64,000 nucleotides of DNA, from positions 382,168,001-382,232,000 of the forward strand of contig OZ024740.1 of the NCBI GenBank assembly GCA_964016885.1, written 5' to 3'. Both the position numbers and the translations under genes were made by a program. The notes under the pieces are model-generated. The model was not told where the DNA came from. It saw only the letters and a list, made by a program, of their open reading frames with translations, and did not search any database. Of this stretch, positions 1-15,981 are shown piece after piece (position 1 is the stretch's first letter; each line of letters opens with the position of its first letter). Origin of the DNA: Eledone cirrhosa. Lineage: Eukaryota.

Positions 1-189
1 AGTCTACTGGCAAGCAAGCAGGCTGGCTGTCTGACTGTCTGACTGGCAGGCAGGCTCGCAGGCTTAGTTAGTTAGTTGGTTGTTTTGGCTGGCTGGCTGG
101 TTTGCAGGCATGCTGGCTGGCTACCTAACTGGCTGGCGTGTTTGGTTTGGTTTAGTTTAGGTTCTGTTGGTTGGTTGGCTGGCTGACTT

Positions 190-200
190 TTTATATATAG
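190..200 (+). promoter_or_regulatory. Possible TATA-like element upstream of the exon
   Basis: TTTATATATAG about 110 bp upstream of the ATG, after a (GGCT/GGTT)n tract. TA runs are ubiquitous here, so this is weak. Confidence 0.2.
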
Positions 201-310
201 TCGGCAGGGGAGAAAAAGATTTAAGGTAGGAAACAAAAGGAAGAGAGAAAGAAATAAAAACAACATCAAGAACAACGACAAAAATAAAATAAATATTTTA
301 AAGCACAGTC

Positions 311-701
311 ATGGCAGCACAGGTTCGACTACGGCTCGACCAACACCGTAACGACAATAACAATAACAAAAACAAAACGACAAATGATAATGGTGATATG
401 AAAAAGGATAACTACATCAATAGTAATTATTGTAATGATGCAACCACAACTAACAATAATAATAACACTAATATTATTAACATGACCAGCATTAAACAGA
501 CCTACATAATATTTGGCGAAGATTCACAACAAAGTGTCAGGGAAAGAGAAAAGTCGGTCCGATGGAACCGATATGATATGCTTACCAATTCAAAACAACA
601 CACAAGGAGTGTGCAGTTTACCGGCCAAATTTCTACGTGGATGGCTCTAATACTGATAGGAGTACTGCTGCTGCTAGGGTCAATTGGACCTACTATTTCT
701 G
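311..701 (+). CDS. Probable first coding exon of an unidentified secreted or membrane protein (Asn/Thr-rich N-terminus followed by a hydrophobic segment)
   Basis: ATG at 311 in a good context (GTCATGG). The frame is open to WMALILIGVLLLLGSIGPTIS, followed by the strong donor TCTG|GTAAGT at 701/702 (phase 1, typical after signal-peptide exons). ORF sequence beyond 701 is intron/microsatellite. The true start could be a downstream Met. Confidence 0.6.
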
Positions 702-736
702 GTAAGTTATCTCTCACTTTTTTATCATTATTTATA

Positions 737-780
<44 letters not shown>

Positions 781-878
781 TATATATGACTTATATGTAT
801 GTATCAAGAAAAATATTGTTATTGTTATATACTATTTCGTTTACACACCCACGTCTGTGTATGTATGAAATCGTATGT

Positions 879-910
<32 letters not shown>

Positions 911-915
911 GTGTA

Positions 916-953
<38 letters not shown>

Positions 954-998
954 CGCGTGTGTGTATATATATGTATATATATATATATATAGTGAGAG

Positions 999-1038
<40 letters not shown>

Positions 1039-1346
1039 GGAGAGATAGGTGTGGGTATGAGGTATGGACAACTTTATATTGTATCTGGTAATTGGATTAT
1101 CAGTTCATGCTGGCCGAGATGGCATGGTAGTAAACGAAATAGTTTACAGTACTCAATATTTTGAGTTCAAATCAAACGAAGCGTGGGTGGAGGATGGTTA
1201 TACTAACATTAAAATAAATGTCTAGTGTTATATTTCTATCGATAGTATCAGTTATATAATTACATAACCAAATATCAGTAAAGTGGGGAGCATCAGTTCG
1301 ATTCTCTCATACGAACCTATATACACTGTTATTATATACTAAACAT

Positions 1347-1522
1347 GCGGTGAATTGGCAGTATCGGTAGAGGGTCGGACGCCTAGATATACGGCCCTTG
1401 CCATTCTGAGTTCAAATCCCGCCGAGGTTAACTTTGCCTTTCATCCTTACAGGGTCGGTAAAATAAAGTACCAGTAATACACTGGGAAATTGCTGGCCTT
1501 GTGCTAATAGTAGAAACAATTA
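1347..1522 (+). mobile_element. tRNA-derived SINE (octopus-type, with conserved central domain)
   Basis: A-box-like TGGCAGTATCGGTAG, B-box GAGTTCAAATCC, central GCCGAGGTTAACTTTGCCTTTCATCCT..GGGTCG.TAAAATAAAGTACC, tail TGCTGGCCTTGTGC..AGTAGAAACAATT. Near-identical copies occur elsewhere in the window. Confidence 0.85.
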
Positions 1523-2136
1523 TATAGTAAACACGCGCGTTCAGTTTTTGTTATATATGTAAATATATTCATGCCTATGTACACACACACACACACATAT
1601 ACATATATAGTATATATAGCGTGTGTGTGTCTTTTATGTAAGGGCTTGAATGTATATAAGTAATTTTGACGGTGTAAACAAATATCAAACTCTCGTTATA
1701 GGTTTGTAAACAATGTTCTGAACATGAGTCTAAGAAGGAGGCAGCTTCGCGCTGGCTCATCCTGCTAGAAACACCAGTCAAAACTTACTCTTTTGGAAAC
1801 GCAGAAAACATTGGTTAACCTGTTCCTTGGCACACATTGTCCGCTCTCCCCCGAGAACATTGACGGGCTGCTCACAATTGGACTAACATTTCTATCAGAA
1901 TTCTGTTTACGCAAACATAACCTGAGATTATCAATACCCTCAAATTTAGAAACATTCGTGGTGGTATAAAATAACTAAAATCCCAGTTACGTTTTCTTGG
2001 TAATTAACGGATGCTTCGGTGGAATACCTGACAATAACTTTGGGAATATATATGTTGTTTACAAGTAAAGAGCTCTTCATACATACACAAGCATCACCCT
2101 TCACACTCACACACTCACACACATTATATACATACA

Positions 2137-2183
<47 letters not shown>

Positions 2184-2186
<3 letters not shown>

Positions 2187-2345
2187 TTATTCCGTGTTGA
2201 ATCGGAGGTAACCACAGTAAGTAAGGTACTCAAAACATAGCAGAGTATAAATGTTTTAATATAGAAGAGCTTCTACGGGACTAGAACTGTTTCCTGATGA
2301 TTTCTCACGAATGAAAGAGTTCTATTCCTGTAGAAACTCTTCTAT
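2184..2345. mobile_element. Foldback PLE-tail mini-element (family A) in (TA)n
   Basis: Arms TATAGAAGAGCTTCTACGGGACTAGAACT / AGTTCTATTCCTGTAGAAACTCTTCTATA, flanked by (TA)n on both sides. Homologous to 62921-63114. Confidence 0.7.
2289..2337 (+). ncRNA. Type I hammerhead ribozyme, slightly degenerate
   Basis: GTTTC-CTGATGA-TTTC tcac GAAT-GAA-AGAG ttctattc CTGT-A-GAAAC. Stem I is GTTTC/GAAAC, cleavage triplet GTA, with one G-G mismatch in stem III. Confidence 0.65.
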
Positions 2346-2346
2346 A

Positions 2347-2430
<84 letters not shown>

Positions 2431-3580
2431 TATATATATACGTATCTGTGTGTGTAAGTGTGTACGATGTGTAGATTGATTACATGATGGGTAGGTAGGT
2501 TTATGATGTCAGTGTGTGTGTCAGTGATGTTGCTCATGTAATTTACACCCTAGGTCAATCCCCAACCTAACAGACCCATGATAAAAATTATTTCAGTCGT
2601 GGCCATCCTACTTTTTTTCGATGTATATAGGACTATGTTATCTACTGTTATTTATGTTTTTGTTAGTTGTGATGCCAGAATGTGATTTAATGCAGGTTTG
2701 GCTGTCATTTCTAGCTAGCCAAGAAACCATGTAGATGATCTTCCTGATGTGGGTGAAGTGTTCTAACGTTTGTGAAGTGTAAAGATAAATATATAAAGAA
2801 TCTTCGGAGATTGTGTATAGCGTAGCAAAGTATTACTATGGATTTTATTTATATTCTTTTTCTATAAACTGTACCGGTTAGCTAAATAATAATTTCTAAT
2901 ATTTAGCCCCCAATTACATACGTACACACAATAATACATACGCACTCCAACACACACTCATACATTTAACTTGATGTTTTGTATTTTTGTCTAGTGTGTT
3001 TGTGTGTGTGCAGCCTCCATATCTAAGCATCTTTAACATGTTATATATTATTCGTTTACTTTTACCGCTTTAGTCGCACCCGGTTGTAGTTTCTAGAAAA
3101 TGTTTTGCAGAATTTATGAGAATTATTTATTTACCTTTTGAGATCAAAACCCGCTGAGTTCAACTTCGTTTTTTTATCGTCGTTAAAATAAAGTACCAGT
3201 CAAGTTTGGTGAAGATTTCCTGGGTTAACTCCTTCTCGTACGTTAAGTTTCTGGCCTTATACCTACGTTAAAACCAATCGAAATAATTAAATGCCTATAT
3301 AGTTACGGATATTTAGTTTTTGAGTTCAAACCCTGGCGAGATCCACGTTATTTTCCATTATTTTGGAGTCTATAAAGTATAATAGAGTCAGCCACTGGGT
3401 CGAATTAGTCGACTTCCTTTGCCTCCCATATTGCTGGTCTTGTGCTTAAATTAGAAAATATTATTATTACCACAAATATCAATCTTATTTGTTCTCTATC
3501 TCACACAAACTTCCCGTATCTCTCGATCACTCACTCTGTGTCACACACAGGCAAACACACACACGCACACACACACACAG

Positions 3581-3662
<82 letters not shown>

Positions 3663-3875
3663 CTCATCTCTGCCTTTCCTTTTCACATTTCTATGTATTT
3701 ATCCCTAAATATTCGTCTCCTTTTCTCTCCATTTTTCATTTCTTCCTGATTTTCTTACTTTCTCATTCTTCTATTATCTTTCTGTCTGTGATTTCTTAAC
3801 GTGCCTGTCGTTTTAACTTCCAACTCACCTGTTCATCTTTGAAATTGTCTACCTGTTGTTTGCTGTATATTACCT

Positions 3876-3940
<65 letters not shown>

Positions 3941-4116
3941 TCTATGATCTATCGACATGTAATCTGTATGTTGCGAGTTTGTTCTCTCTCTCTCTCCCCC
4001 CCCTCTCTCTCTCTCTCTCTCTCTCCCACTATATACATATACAAGCATATATATATGTGTGTGTTGTGTGTGTGTTTGTGTTTGTGTGTACGCGTGTGTG
4101 CGTATGTGCGTGTGTT

Positions 4117-4149
<33 letters not shown>

Positions 4150-4159
4150 ATATATATAA

Positions 4160-4197
<38 letters not shown>

Positions 4198-4695
4198 TAT
4201 ATATATATTATATACTTATATATATAAGAATGCATACTTACATTTATAAATATATATACACACATATACACACACACACGCACACACACGCACACACACA
4301 CACACACATACACACACACATATATACATATATATACATATCTATCTATTTATATCTTCGCCTCTATCAATATATATTCGTCTACCTTCCAAACAGCACA
4401 CCTAAATCATTTTTATACCCCTCCTATACTTTATCTCCCTCTCAACTTATTCTAACTATCAGTCTAACTGTCTGTCTCTCACCTCTCTCTTTCTTTCCTC
4501 CTCTTCCCAGTAATATTTTTATTTCAATATTTACCTATACGTGTTATATGACTATTTACTCAACCACTATCTGAAGATTTACTTCATATCTCTATCTATT
4601 TCTTCCCGTCTCCCTCTCTCATTTTCCACACACGGTCACACACAAACACACACACTAATACACACACATACATGCACACACACATACATACACAT

Positions 4696-4791
<96 letters not shown>

Positions 4792-4795
4792 ATAA

Positions 4796-4835
<40 letters not shown>

Positions 4836-4931
4836 ATAAATATACATATGTATATATATATATGTTCTTGTCTATTAACCCTGGGTTAAACTCCCGAGTA
4901 ACAAGACTCACTATTCAGCCTTAATGAAATG

Positions 4932-4969
<38 letters not shown>

Positions 4970-5143
4970 TGTATGTATGAGGGAGTGATGCAAAATCCCG
5001 AGGGCGGCGCAATGGAGTCGCGATTTTACATATCTATACACTCTACTTGTCTCCATGCATTGAGTACTCCTATGCTTAGTGGTCTCCTCGGTCTCGGCAC
5101 CGCAAACTCTCTCTCTCTATACATACATACATACATACATACA

Positions 5144-5210
<67 letters not shown>

Positions 5211-5212
<2 letters not shown>

Positions 5213-5390
5213 CGAAGGAGGTCTGGTAAGGAACCAGGTGGACCATAACGTATCAGAGTACTCAATACTTAGGGTAGTAGAGTGGGTAGTAGGAAAATGT
5301 TTAACCTCGACGGCAGAGCTCAAGCCGCTTCGACGGCTATTTCTGGACTATTACTCCAGAAATAGCCGTCGAAACGGCTTGAGCTCTGCC
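5211..5390. mobile_element. Foldback mini-element (family B) carrying the 3' half of a hammerhead
   Basis: Hairpin 5312-5390 (GGCAGAGCTCAAGCCG.TTCGACGGCTATTTCTGGA-ctattac-TCCAGAAATAGCCGTCGAAACGGCTTGAGCTCTGCC). Homologous to 10499-10670 and 15731-15883. Confidence 0.65.
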
Positions 5391-5401
5391 TATACACACA
5401 C

Positions 5402-5453
<52 letters not shown>

Positions 5454-5661
5454 GTATATATATATGTATATATATATATGTATATATATATGTATATATA
5501 TATATATATATGTATATATATAAGTATATATATATATATACATATATATATATACATATACATATATATATATATGCATATACATATATATATATGCATA
5601 TACATATATATATATATACATATATATATATACATATATATAAATACATATATATATATAC

Positions 5662-5720
<59 letters not shown>

Positions 5721-5825
5721 CATATATATATACATATATATGTATATACATATATATATATACACATATATATATATACACATATATATATATACACATA
5801 TATATATATACACACATATATATAT

Positions 5826-5894
<69 letters not shown>

Positions 5895-5895
5895 T
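5391..5895. repeat. (CA)n/(TA)n compound microsatellite
   Basis: Direct reading. Confidence 0.95.
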
Positions 5896-5919
5896 AAACA
5901 AGCAAATTATAAATGTAAA

Positions 5920-6170
5920 CATGTAAGTATGTTTTTGAAACGGTGCGCGAGTTTGAAATTAGAAATTAGAAATTATAAGCTTTCACCGTATTTTAGACTA
6001 AAGAAATTTCTAGCCTGATAGTGGGGTTTATAACCCTCGGAGAAATGGAAAAAGATGAGTGTTGCCGTACATGTACATGTACGGCAACTCCGAGGGTTAT
6101 AATCCCCACTATCAGGTTAGAAATTTCTTTAGTCTAAAATACGGTGAAAGCTTATAATTTCTAATTTCTA

Positions 6171-6172
<2 letters not shown>
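5920..6172. mobile_element. Foldback copy of the tRNA-headed family C
   Basis: Inverted arms about 5958-6041 and 6089-6172 around the central palindrome GTTGCCGTACATGTACATGTACGGCAAC. Homologous to 38120-38460. Confidence 0.7.
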
Positions 6173-6802
<630 letters not shown>

Positions 6803-7396
6803 ACATCATAACATACTTCTCATTTCCCCGCTACACACCTGTCTCTTTATTTGTATATATAACACGGCATTTAAATCATAAACATTAACTACTTATCTTT
6901 TACCTATTTAACATCGTGACCGCCACCCATGCCAACTTACCAATATATCCCGCATTGCCAGCTGTCTCTTCTAATTATTTCACCTGCTTTATATCTAATA
7001 CATTATATAGACAGCCACAGAGCTCCTGTCTGCATGTATCAGTCTTTGTCTTTCATGAACTTTACTCACCCAATGAGTCAAATGTTTTATTTTTACACCT
7101 TATCAAATATTGCCTGTAGTTTTGTAGATGGGAAGCTGAAGTTGGAGCCAGGCACCCACCTTCCCTAGTAAATATATTTTTACTCCCCAAACTACACAAA
7201 CCCACATCTATCTGTATATGCGCTACAATTTATGTACATGTTATGTTTATCGCATATCGAGGATTTTTATATATTGGTTGATGTTTGATAATAACAGGTA
7301 AACTAATCACTACAACTACTTTAACCAAATTTCTCCACCGTACCCCATTTCAGAAATACTTCCACCGCCCCTGTATAGTATACATCTATAATAAAG

Positions 7397-7592
7397 ATTT
7401 GTAGTATAGGCACAAGGCCAGTAAGTTGGTGGGAGGGGAAAGTCGATTAAATCGATCCCAGTACGTTACTGGTGCTTTATTTTATCGACCTCCGTAAGGA
7501 TGAAAGGCAAAGTTAACCTTGGCGGGATTTGAATTCAGACCGTAAAGGACCGTAACTCTATGCTGCAAAGCATGGTGTCCGACTCTACCGAT
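7397..7592 (-). mobile_element. tRNA-derived SINE
   Basis: Reverse complement of the SINE at 1347 (GGATGAAAGGCAAAGTTAACCTTGGCGGGATTTGAA). Confidence 0.8.
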
Positions 7593-8144
7593 AACAACTA
7601 CATAACATATCCAGTTCATACAATCCAGAAATAAGAGAAAACAAAAAAAAGTACAATCAATTAAAGTTTGCATGTTAATAATTAAACAGAGCGAAAGATG
7701 AAATAGCGAAAGCAAAAGAAAAAGGTGGGGCGGCTGTGTCTATACCCTAAAAGGTATATATATAAGATACTCACTGCGCAGAAAATTGCGAAAGCATTGC
7801 CGCGCGGTACAACGAGTTAACCCACTACATCAGCCAAACTATCATACGGAGCTCTACGTTCAGATGGGATGTACACATTTCGATTTTGCAAATGTAAACA
7901 GCAATTCAGGGACCGAGATAACTAGGGTTTTCGACGGCCAACGACACGAAATATAAACGCTGGGTTAGAAACTCGTGCATGGCCCACGATTCTGAGAAGG
8001 GTAGCAAAATATCTAAATACAGGACTTGACCATATCAAGTTATCCGTCACGATATATTTATCAACTAAGTAATCAATCAACCGATTACTCTATTAATCTA
8101 ATCAACTATATATACAAATATACATACGAAAACACTCACTCACA

Positions 8145-8197
<53 letters not shown>

Positions 8198-8374
8198 TTA
8201 AGTAAGTAAGTTAATTCTTAAAAAAATTTTTTTTTATTTTCTTATTTTACGTCTTTTATATTATTGTTCTGCATCCTCCTGCATTGAACCACCTAGGTAC
8301 TATGACATAACCTGTGTATTTGCTGGCATTAGCGTACATCTGTGCGCTTATGTTAGTAGATATATTAAATTATC

Positions 8375-10498
<2,124 letters not shown>

Positions 10499-10668
10499 GG
10501 GAAAAGAGTAAGGATGTCGACCGGTGAGCTTCGGCCGGTCCGACAGCTAGCTGCCGAAAGCTCAGCTGTCGGGGTCCTCATTCTTTTTCTATTACCCACT
10601 CTACTACCCTAAGTATTGAGTACTCTGGTGCGTTATGGTCCACCTGTTTCCTTCCCACACTTTCCTCG

Positions 10669-10670
<2 letters not shown>
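10499..10670. mobile_element. Family B mini-element with a short inverted head
   Basis: CTATTACCCACTCTACTACCCTAAGTATTGAGTACTC is the reverse complement of 5255-5292. Flanked by (TA)n. Confidence 0.65.
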
Positions 10671-10725
<55 letters not shown>

Positions 10726-10852
10726 TAGATAGATATTTATTAAAATAACAGATTAAAGTTTAAGTAAAGAATCGCTGCTTTCACCCTAAACGGGATCTTC
10801 TGAAACTCTCTCTCTCTATATATATAGAGAGAGATAGAGAGAGATATGTGTG

Positions 10853-10891
<39 letters not shown>

Positions 10892-11029
10892 TATATATGT
10901 ATATATATATACATATATTTTCATGTATAACTTTGATAGGTGTTGGCCAGTATTGGACAGACCATGTCTAACTTGATAGCATCACCTGGCGAAGTTTTTC
11001 AAATCAGGATTGGACGTTCTGGATGGCCC

Positions 11030-12030
11030 ACTCAAGAAGGGTGTTATAGTTTGCTGTGACATATCCGAGTGTATGAGGTTTATCCGGGATTTCATGAAGG
11101 AATTTGGCCAAAGAACTGTTGAACTATACAAGGTTCTGTTTTTTTGTTTTTTTAATGTCTTTTAGTGTAATGTTAAAGAGAGCGGGGTTAATTGAGGTGA
11201 AATAATTGTGCCGTGTTGTTTTTATGAGATGCGAGTGTGATTTCTGTCGTGGGCGGATAACATGGGGCCCAAGCCTTGGGTGTACTTAAAAGGTGATCCC
11301 AGCATCATTTGGGAAATTCTGATGGAATATTTTCCACATCATGCAGATAATGTAGGAATCACGTTGGCATTGGAGAGAATAAAATTTGAGTTTTACTAGT
11401 CGACCGCAATAGTCAAGGCCTGACATACTATCTAACATTTTCGTGGTTGACATTTGAGGAGCTTCAATTTTCATGATCCTTTTTTTCGTGAGGGGATACC
11501 ACATTGGACAACAATATTGAAAGTGGTGTAGGGCAAAAGTGGAGAAGAGTAGGATAACAGTGTGGATATTTCCCGACTGGAATCTTCTGAGAATCCAGGA
11601 ACACGTTCTGCGGGTCATGTCAACTTTGCTGTTTATATGAGTGGCTAGCTTATGTTGTTGTCTACAATTACTCCCTAGTCTCTGATGTTGTTGGATGCCA
11701 CGAGAGTTTCACCTGAAGGAAGGGAGAATCATAGTTTCAGGGCATCCTCTTTTCCAAAGGGGATTAACTCAAATTTACCCTCGTTCAGCAGCATATTGTT
11801 CGTTTCTGCCCCATGGATAACAGCCAGTAGATCTGATTGGAGGCATATCCGGTCACCAACGCCATTATGACCTTCTGGAGCTTGGAATCATCTGCGAAGA
11901 TTCTTATGCTGCCCTACTAGATGATGTCAGTAATGTCATTAATATAGATAATGAAAACAAATGGGCCCCGCACAGTGCCTTGTGGGACACCACTACTGAC
12001 TTGGCTGAGCTGGATTTTACTCATTCGACC
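11030..12030 (-). mobile_element. Decayed CR1/L2/Jockey-group LINE, RT 3' region
   Basis: Minus-strand VSSGVPQGTVRGPFVFIIYINDI, IFADDSK, MLLNEGKFEL, DLGVIVDN and YCCPMWYP..IEAPQ, with stops and frameshifts. Confidence 0.85.
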
Positions 12031-12035
12031 ACAAC

Positions 12036-12138
<103 letters not shown>

Positions 12139-12771
12139 ATGCATGTGTGTATGCATGTGTGTATGCATGTGTGTGTGTATGCATATGTGTGTGCATGTAT
12201 ATATATATATATATATATATAAATATATATATGTACATGTATATATATACGATATATATTTGAGTGTATGTTTGTTTTTATGTATGCCTGTATATCGCCG
12301 AAATGCGTCACAAGAAGAATGTTCTGGGTCATATGGAAATTCTGAATTGGGTAAAGAGTAAAATATCCCACTGCTCCCCATAGAATAGCAAATTTCAGTA
12401 AGATCAGTCACTGTTTCTGTGACAATTCATGAAGCCTGGTTTTTATTGATCACCTTATACATTCTTTCCACGTGAACGTATTATTCCGACCATCCATGCC
12501 GTGGACACTGTTTCAACAATGTGGCAGAGAGTTGTTCGAACAGAGCTCACACAATGTTAACGTGAGAACGCTCAGTCTAATGTACACAACAAGCCAGAAA
12601 TACCGATTTAACTTACAGGTCCACAAGCAAATGTCCTTAAAACCCATTTGGGTACGATTGACTTTTTATGCGGACAGTCTCCGTATAATATATAACGGAA
12701 GATGAGGCATAGTCTGATATTGAATGAAAAATAATTCAACGAATGGCATTCTATGGTGAAAATTGCTAGTG

Positions 12772-12802
<31 letters not shown>

Positions 12803-12829
12803 TTCCATACATCCCTTATATATATATAT

Positions 12830-13130
12830 ATAATGTATTTTCCATACATGCCTTACTCTGTCCAGCATTGCCGTCTGTAGTCCCTTTGCCCAAGATCCGG
12901 TGTCATCTTCCGGAACACCATTCGGTGTGATAGCTGGTTTCCCAACTCGCCTGCACACATCATGTTTCTAAAGATGTACTCTGTCAGCAGAGTGATTGTG
13001 ACGTTTCATATGTCCGGTTCAAGCGAGCCTCCATTGCCTTATGAGGCAGAAATTGTGTGAACTCTAGAGCGATTTATTTACTACGTGCGTTTTTCAGGAG
13101 GTTCTTTGGACCTTTCGCAGCATTCGCGTG
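12830..13130 (-). mobile_element. RTE-clade LINE 3' remnant
   Basis: Minus-strand IRQWRLA*TGHMKRH...RRVGKPAIT...EDDTG resembles the RTE C-terminal RRL.AGH..R...GRP motif. Confidence 0.5.
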
Positions 13131-13567
13131 AATTTTCATCATATTGTGCATCTTTGCTGCAATTAGTGTACATATAATGCCTCTCTAACTGATGCAGACA
13201 TGTTCTCATAAATATATTCAGTGGATATTAAGTTAAACAATTCGTGTTTCACACAAGAATGTGTTTATATTTTCAAAAGCTGTTTGATTTAGCTACTAAT
13301 TTAGACGGTAAGATGCTGTCAAACTCCCTTGGCCCAATGATTACATAATTTCGCCAGCATTTGGGAGATACGGAGTTCAATTCTTCGTAGCGGCATGGGG
13401 ACTCTCGGGGATCTTTACCCGATTTTTATAAGCAAATGACGGTTATTTTCTGCGCCCGACCTTCCTGCATCTGTTTATGAATTTATTTCCTCGGCGCTTA
13501 GAAGGTTTGAAAATTCTACCGTCACACATATATAGATATATATATTTATATATATATATATATTCAT

Positions 13568-13610
<43 letters not shown>

Positions 13611-13723
13611 AACATTAATATATATATACATACATAGAGTGCCGGCGAGCTACATGGGAACAGGCTCTATGACGACTCTCGTTCCGATAAACTTTAGAAG
13701 CTATTTGTCTTTATCTCAGAATT

Positions 13724-13797
13724 CTATCTGATGAAACCGGGCCGATGATTACGGTGTTATCACATCACTATCGACTCCAGAGAAATATGTATTATGG
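13724..13797 (+). ncRNA. Hammerhead candidate with a long stem II
   Basis: CTAT-CTGATGA-(47 nt imperfect hairpin)-GAA-ATA tg TAT-T-ATGG, followed by AATAAA. Stem II base is mismatched. Confidence 0.45.
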
Positions 13798-14849
13798 CTG
13801 AATAAATTCATGCACAACCTCATATGCCCTTCGCTCTCTGCTGTACTCTATGTGTACTCCACCATGGATTACCAAAACAAACGTGGATTGGTACATTTCG
13901 TCGAGTGCTTTATTCTATTTGCATCACCGTTGACTGATTTGAGTGTGTATTGCACAACTCGAGTTAGTTAACACCTTATAAAAATTATATTTATGTATAT
14001 CTTCTATCTAGATTACCATTTATCTTTATTTCTTTCATGTCTCTCCCTTTCTCTGTTATCCTTCATTTATATGGAGCGATATTCTCTATAATAGCTTTAA
14101 AAATTCTGCTTTCTATCTCCCCCTTTTACTTGTATCTGTGTGTGTGTGCGCGTGAGTTAGTCATCATGTCTTCATACTTAGACTGCGTTACTCTCCCACT
14201 CTTACATATAATTCTTGGTATCTATTTCCATATCATCGATCAGCATTTATCTTTCTTTCTGTATCAGTTTACACACATACGCACACACACATGTGCATAA
14301 TAACCAGCAATGATTTTTACTACAGGCACAAGTTTAAAAGTGTGGTGCGTTGAGTGAAGCTGTAAGGTACTAAACCGACATCAATACGTGTCTGTTACTT
14401 CATTTATCCTCTCCAAGAAGAATGAAAGGCCATTACAATATGTATTTGGTCCAGTTCTTGCCAAGGCACCTATCAAACCCTCTACAAATAACGAAGTGAT
14501 TTCTAATTTAAGCACAAGACTAGCAATGTCTGTGTGTGTGTGGGGGGGGGGGCTAATTATGTCGACCTAAAGGGTACGTTATATTGAGGAATCCAAAGGA
14601 TAAAAAGCAAAGTAAAAAGCAAAGTTGACTCATGCAGGGTTTGTGCTCGGACTGTAAAATGTCATAAATAAAGCTTGTAAACATTTTGTCCAATGATCTA
14701 CCAATACCACCAATGCACTCCCTTCCCTTTAATGTTTGATAATTAAAAAAAAAAAATAATAATGGTTTCTGATTTAGGCACAACGCCACCAATTTTGGGA
14801 ATGGGAAATGTCGATGGTATTGTCTAGATACGATCTGGATCACCCATTA

Positions 14850-15370
14850 CGATTTAACCATATACACGTTTGCATATTCGGAAATCCAGTAGGTAACATT
14901 GTCGAACAGCTGGAAATGTTTGAGCATATTTGTGATGTTTTTAAATCTCCTCCTCTATTTTCTAGTCCCACACAGTCCCACCGTACATATAAGATACAGT
15001 TCCAGACACCCACTAATAATAAATTGTGAATCGTTCTTAGAAATTTCTTCGGGCGCTTGAAAAAAAGGTCGGCTTGACACGGTCGGGTCACAGACGGCCA
15101 CCAAACTGAAAGCATGTCCATCATTGCTGGCCACATCCAGCACAACCTTCTGGGTTCAGCAAGATGCACCTTATTGTGAAATCCAAACCTTTTGAGTCCA
15201 CCTCCAGATCCCCGACGACTTGTAGATGCGTACAATCCACAGCCGCCAAAAATGAGGCCGATGGGTAGTGCTTCGGAAATTCTGGTATCTCTGATAACCA
15301 CCAACATTCGACAATTCCGAATTCGTTGAGCACGTGGACCTGCTTCAAAGACGAAGCCATGTAAGTCTAT
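14850..15370 (-). mobile_element. Tx1/L1-clade AP-endonuclease remnant
   Basis: DTRISE..., LFFKRPKKFLRTIHNLLLVGVWNCILYVRWDCVG aligns by eye with the endonuclease region of the element at 30200-31020. Confidence 0.6.
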
Positions 15371-15477
15371 CCTGAATGAAGTGATGTTCGATGAAGAGGA
15401 AGAAAACATTTGTGTCATTTTGTTGATTTCGAGTTTGTTATTGCTGCGATTGTTGTGGGTGATAGTTAGGGTATATA

Positions 15478-15508
<31 letters not shown>

Positions 15509-15530
15509 TTTGTTCCTATTATATATATAT

Positions 15531-15714
15531 GCGGGATTGGTTGTATCGGTAGAGAGTCGGACGCCATGCTTTGACGCATAGTTACGGCCCTTGCCATTCT
15601 GAGTTCAAATCCCGCCGAGGTTAACTTTGCCTTTCATCCTTACGGGGTCGATAAAATAAAGTACCAGTAATGCACTGGGTAATTGCTGGCCTTGTGCCAA
15701 AAGTAGAAACAATT
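15531..15714 (+). mobile_element. tRNA-derived SINE
   Basis: Same family as 1347-1522. Confidence 0.85.
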
Positions 15715-15730
15715 ATATATATATATATAT

Positions 15731-15878
15731 AACGAAGGAAATGTGGTAAGGAACCAGGTGGACCATAACGCACCAAAGTACTCAATACTTAGGGTAGTAG
15801 AGTGGGTAATAGGAACGAGTAGCGTCCAGAATTAGCCGTCGAAACGGCATGAGCTCAGTCGTCGGGGTCCTACTCGTT

Positions 15879-15883
<5 letters not shown>
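15731..15883. mobile_element. Family B foldback mini-element
   Basis: Inverted ends ATAGGAACGAGTAG / CTACTCGTTCCTAT. Contains GAA-ACGGC atgagctca GTCGT-C-GGGGT (HHR stem III, GTC site and stem I 3' strand) but no CTGANGA half. Confidence 0.65.
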
Positions 15884-15928
<45 letters not shown>

Positions 15929-15938
15929 GACACACACA

Positions 15939-15981
<43 letters not shown>

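Noticed and set aside
10738-10806. 70-bp repeat (also 53622-53691) with an HHR-like layout on the minus strand
   Set aside because: Both copies read CAGAAGA rather than CTGAAGA, and stems I/III do not pair. At most a relic.
12704-12756. CATAG-TCTGATAT...GAATGGCATT-CTATG hammerhead-like relic
   Set aside because: Core nucleotides G8/A9 and A15.1 are missing. Too decayed to call.
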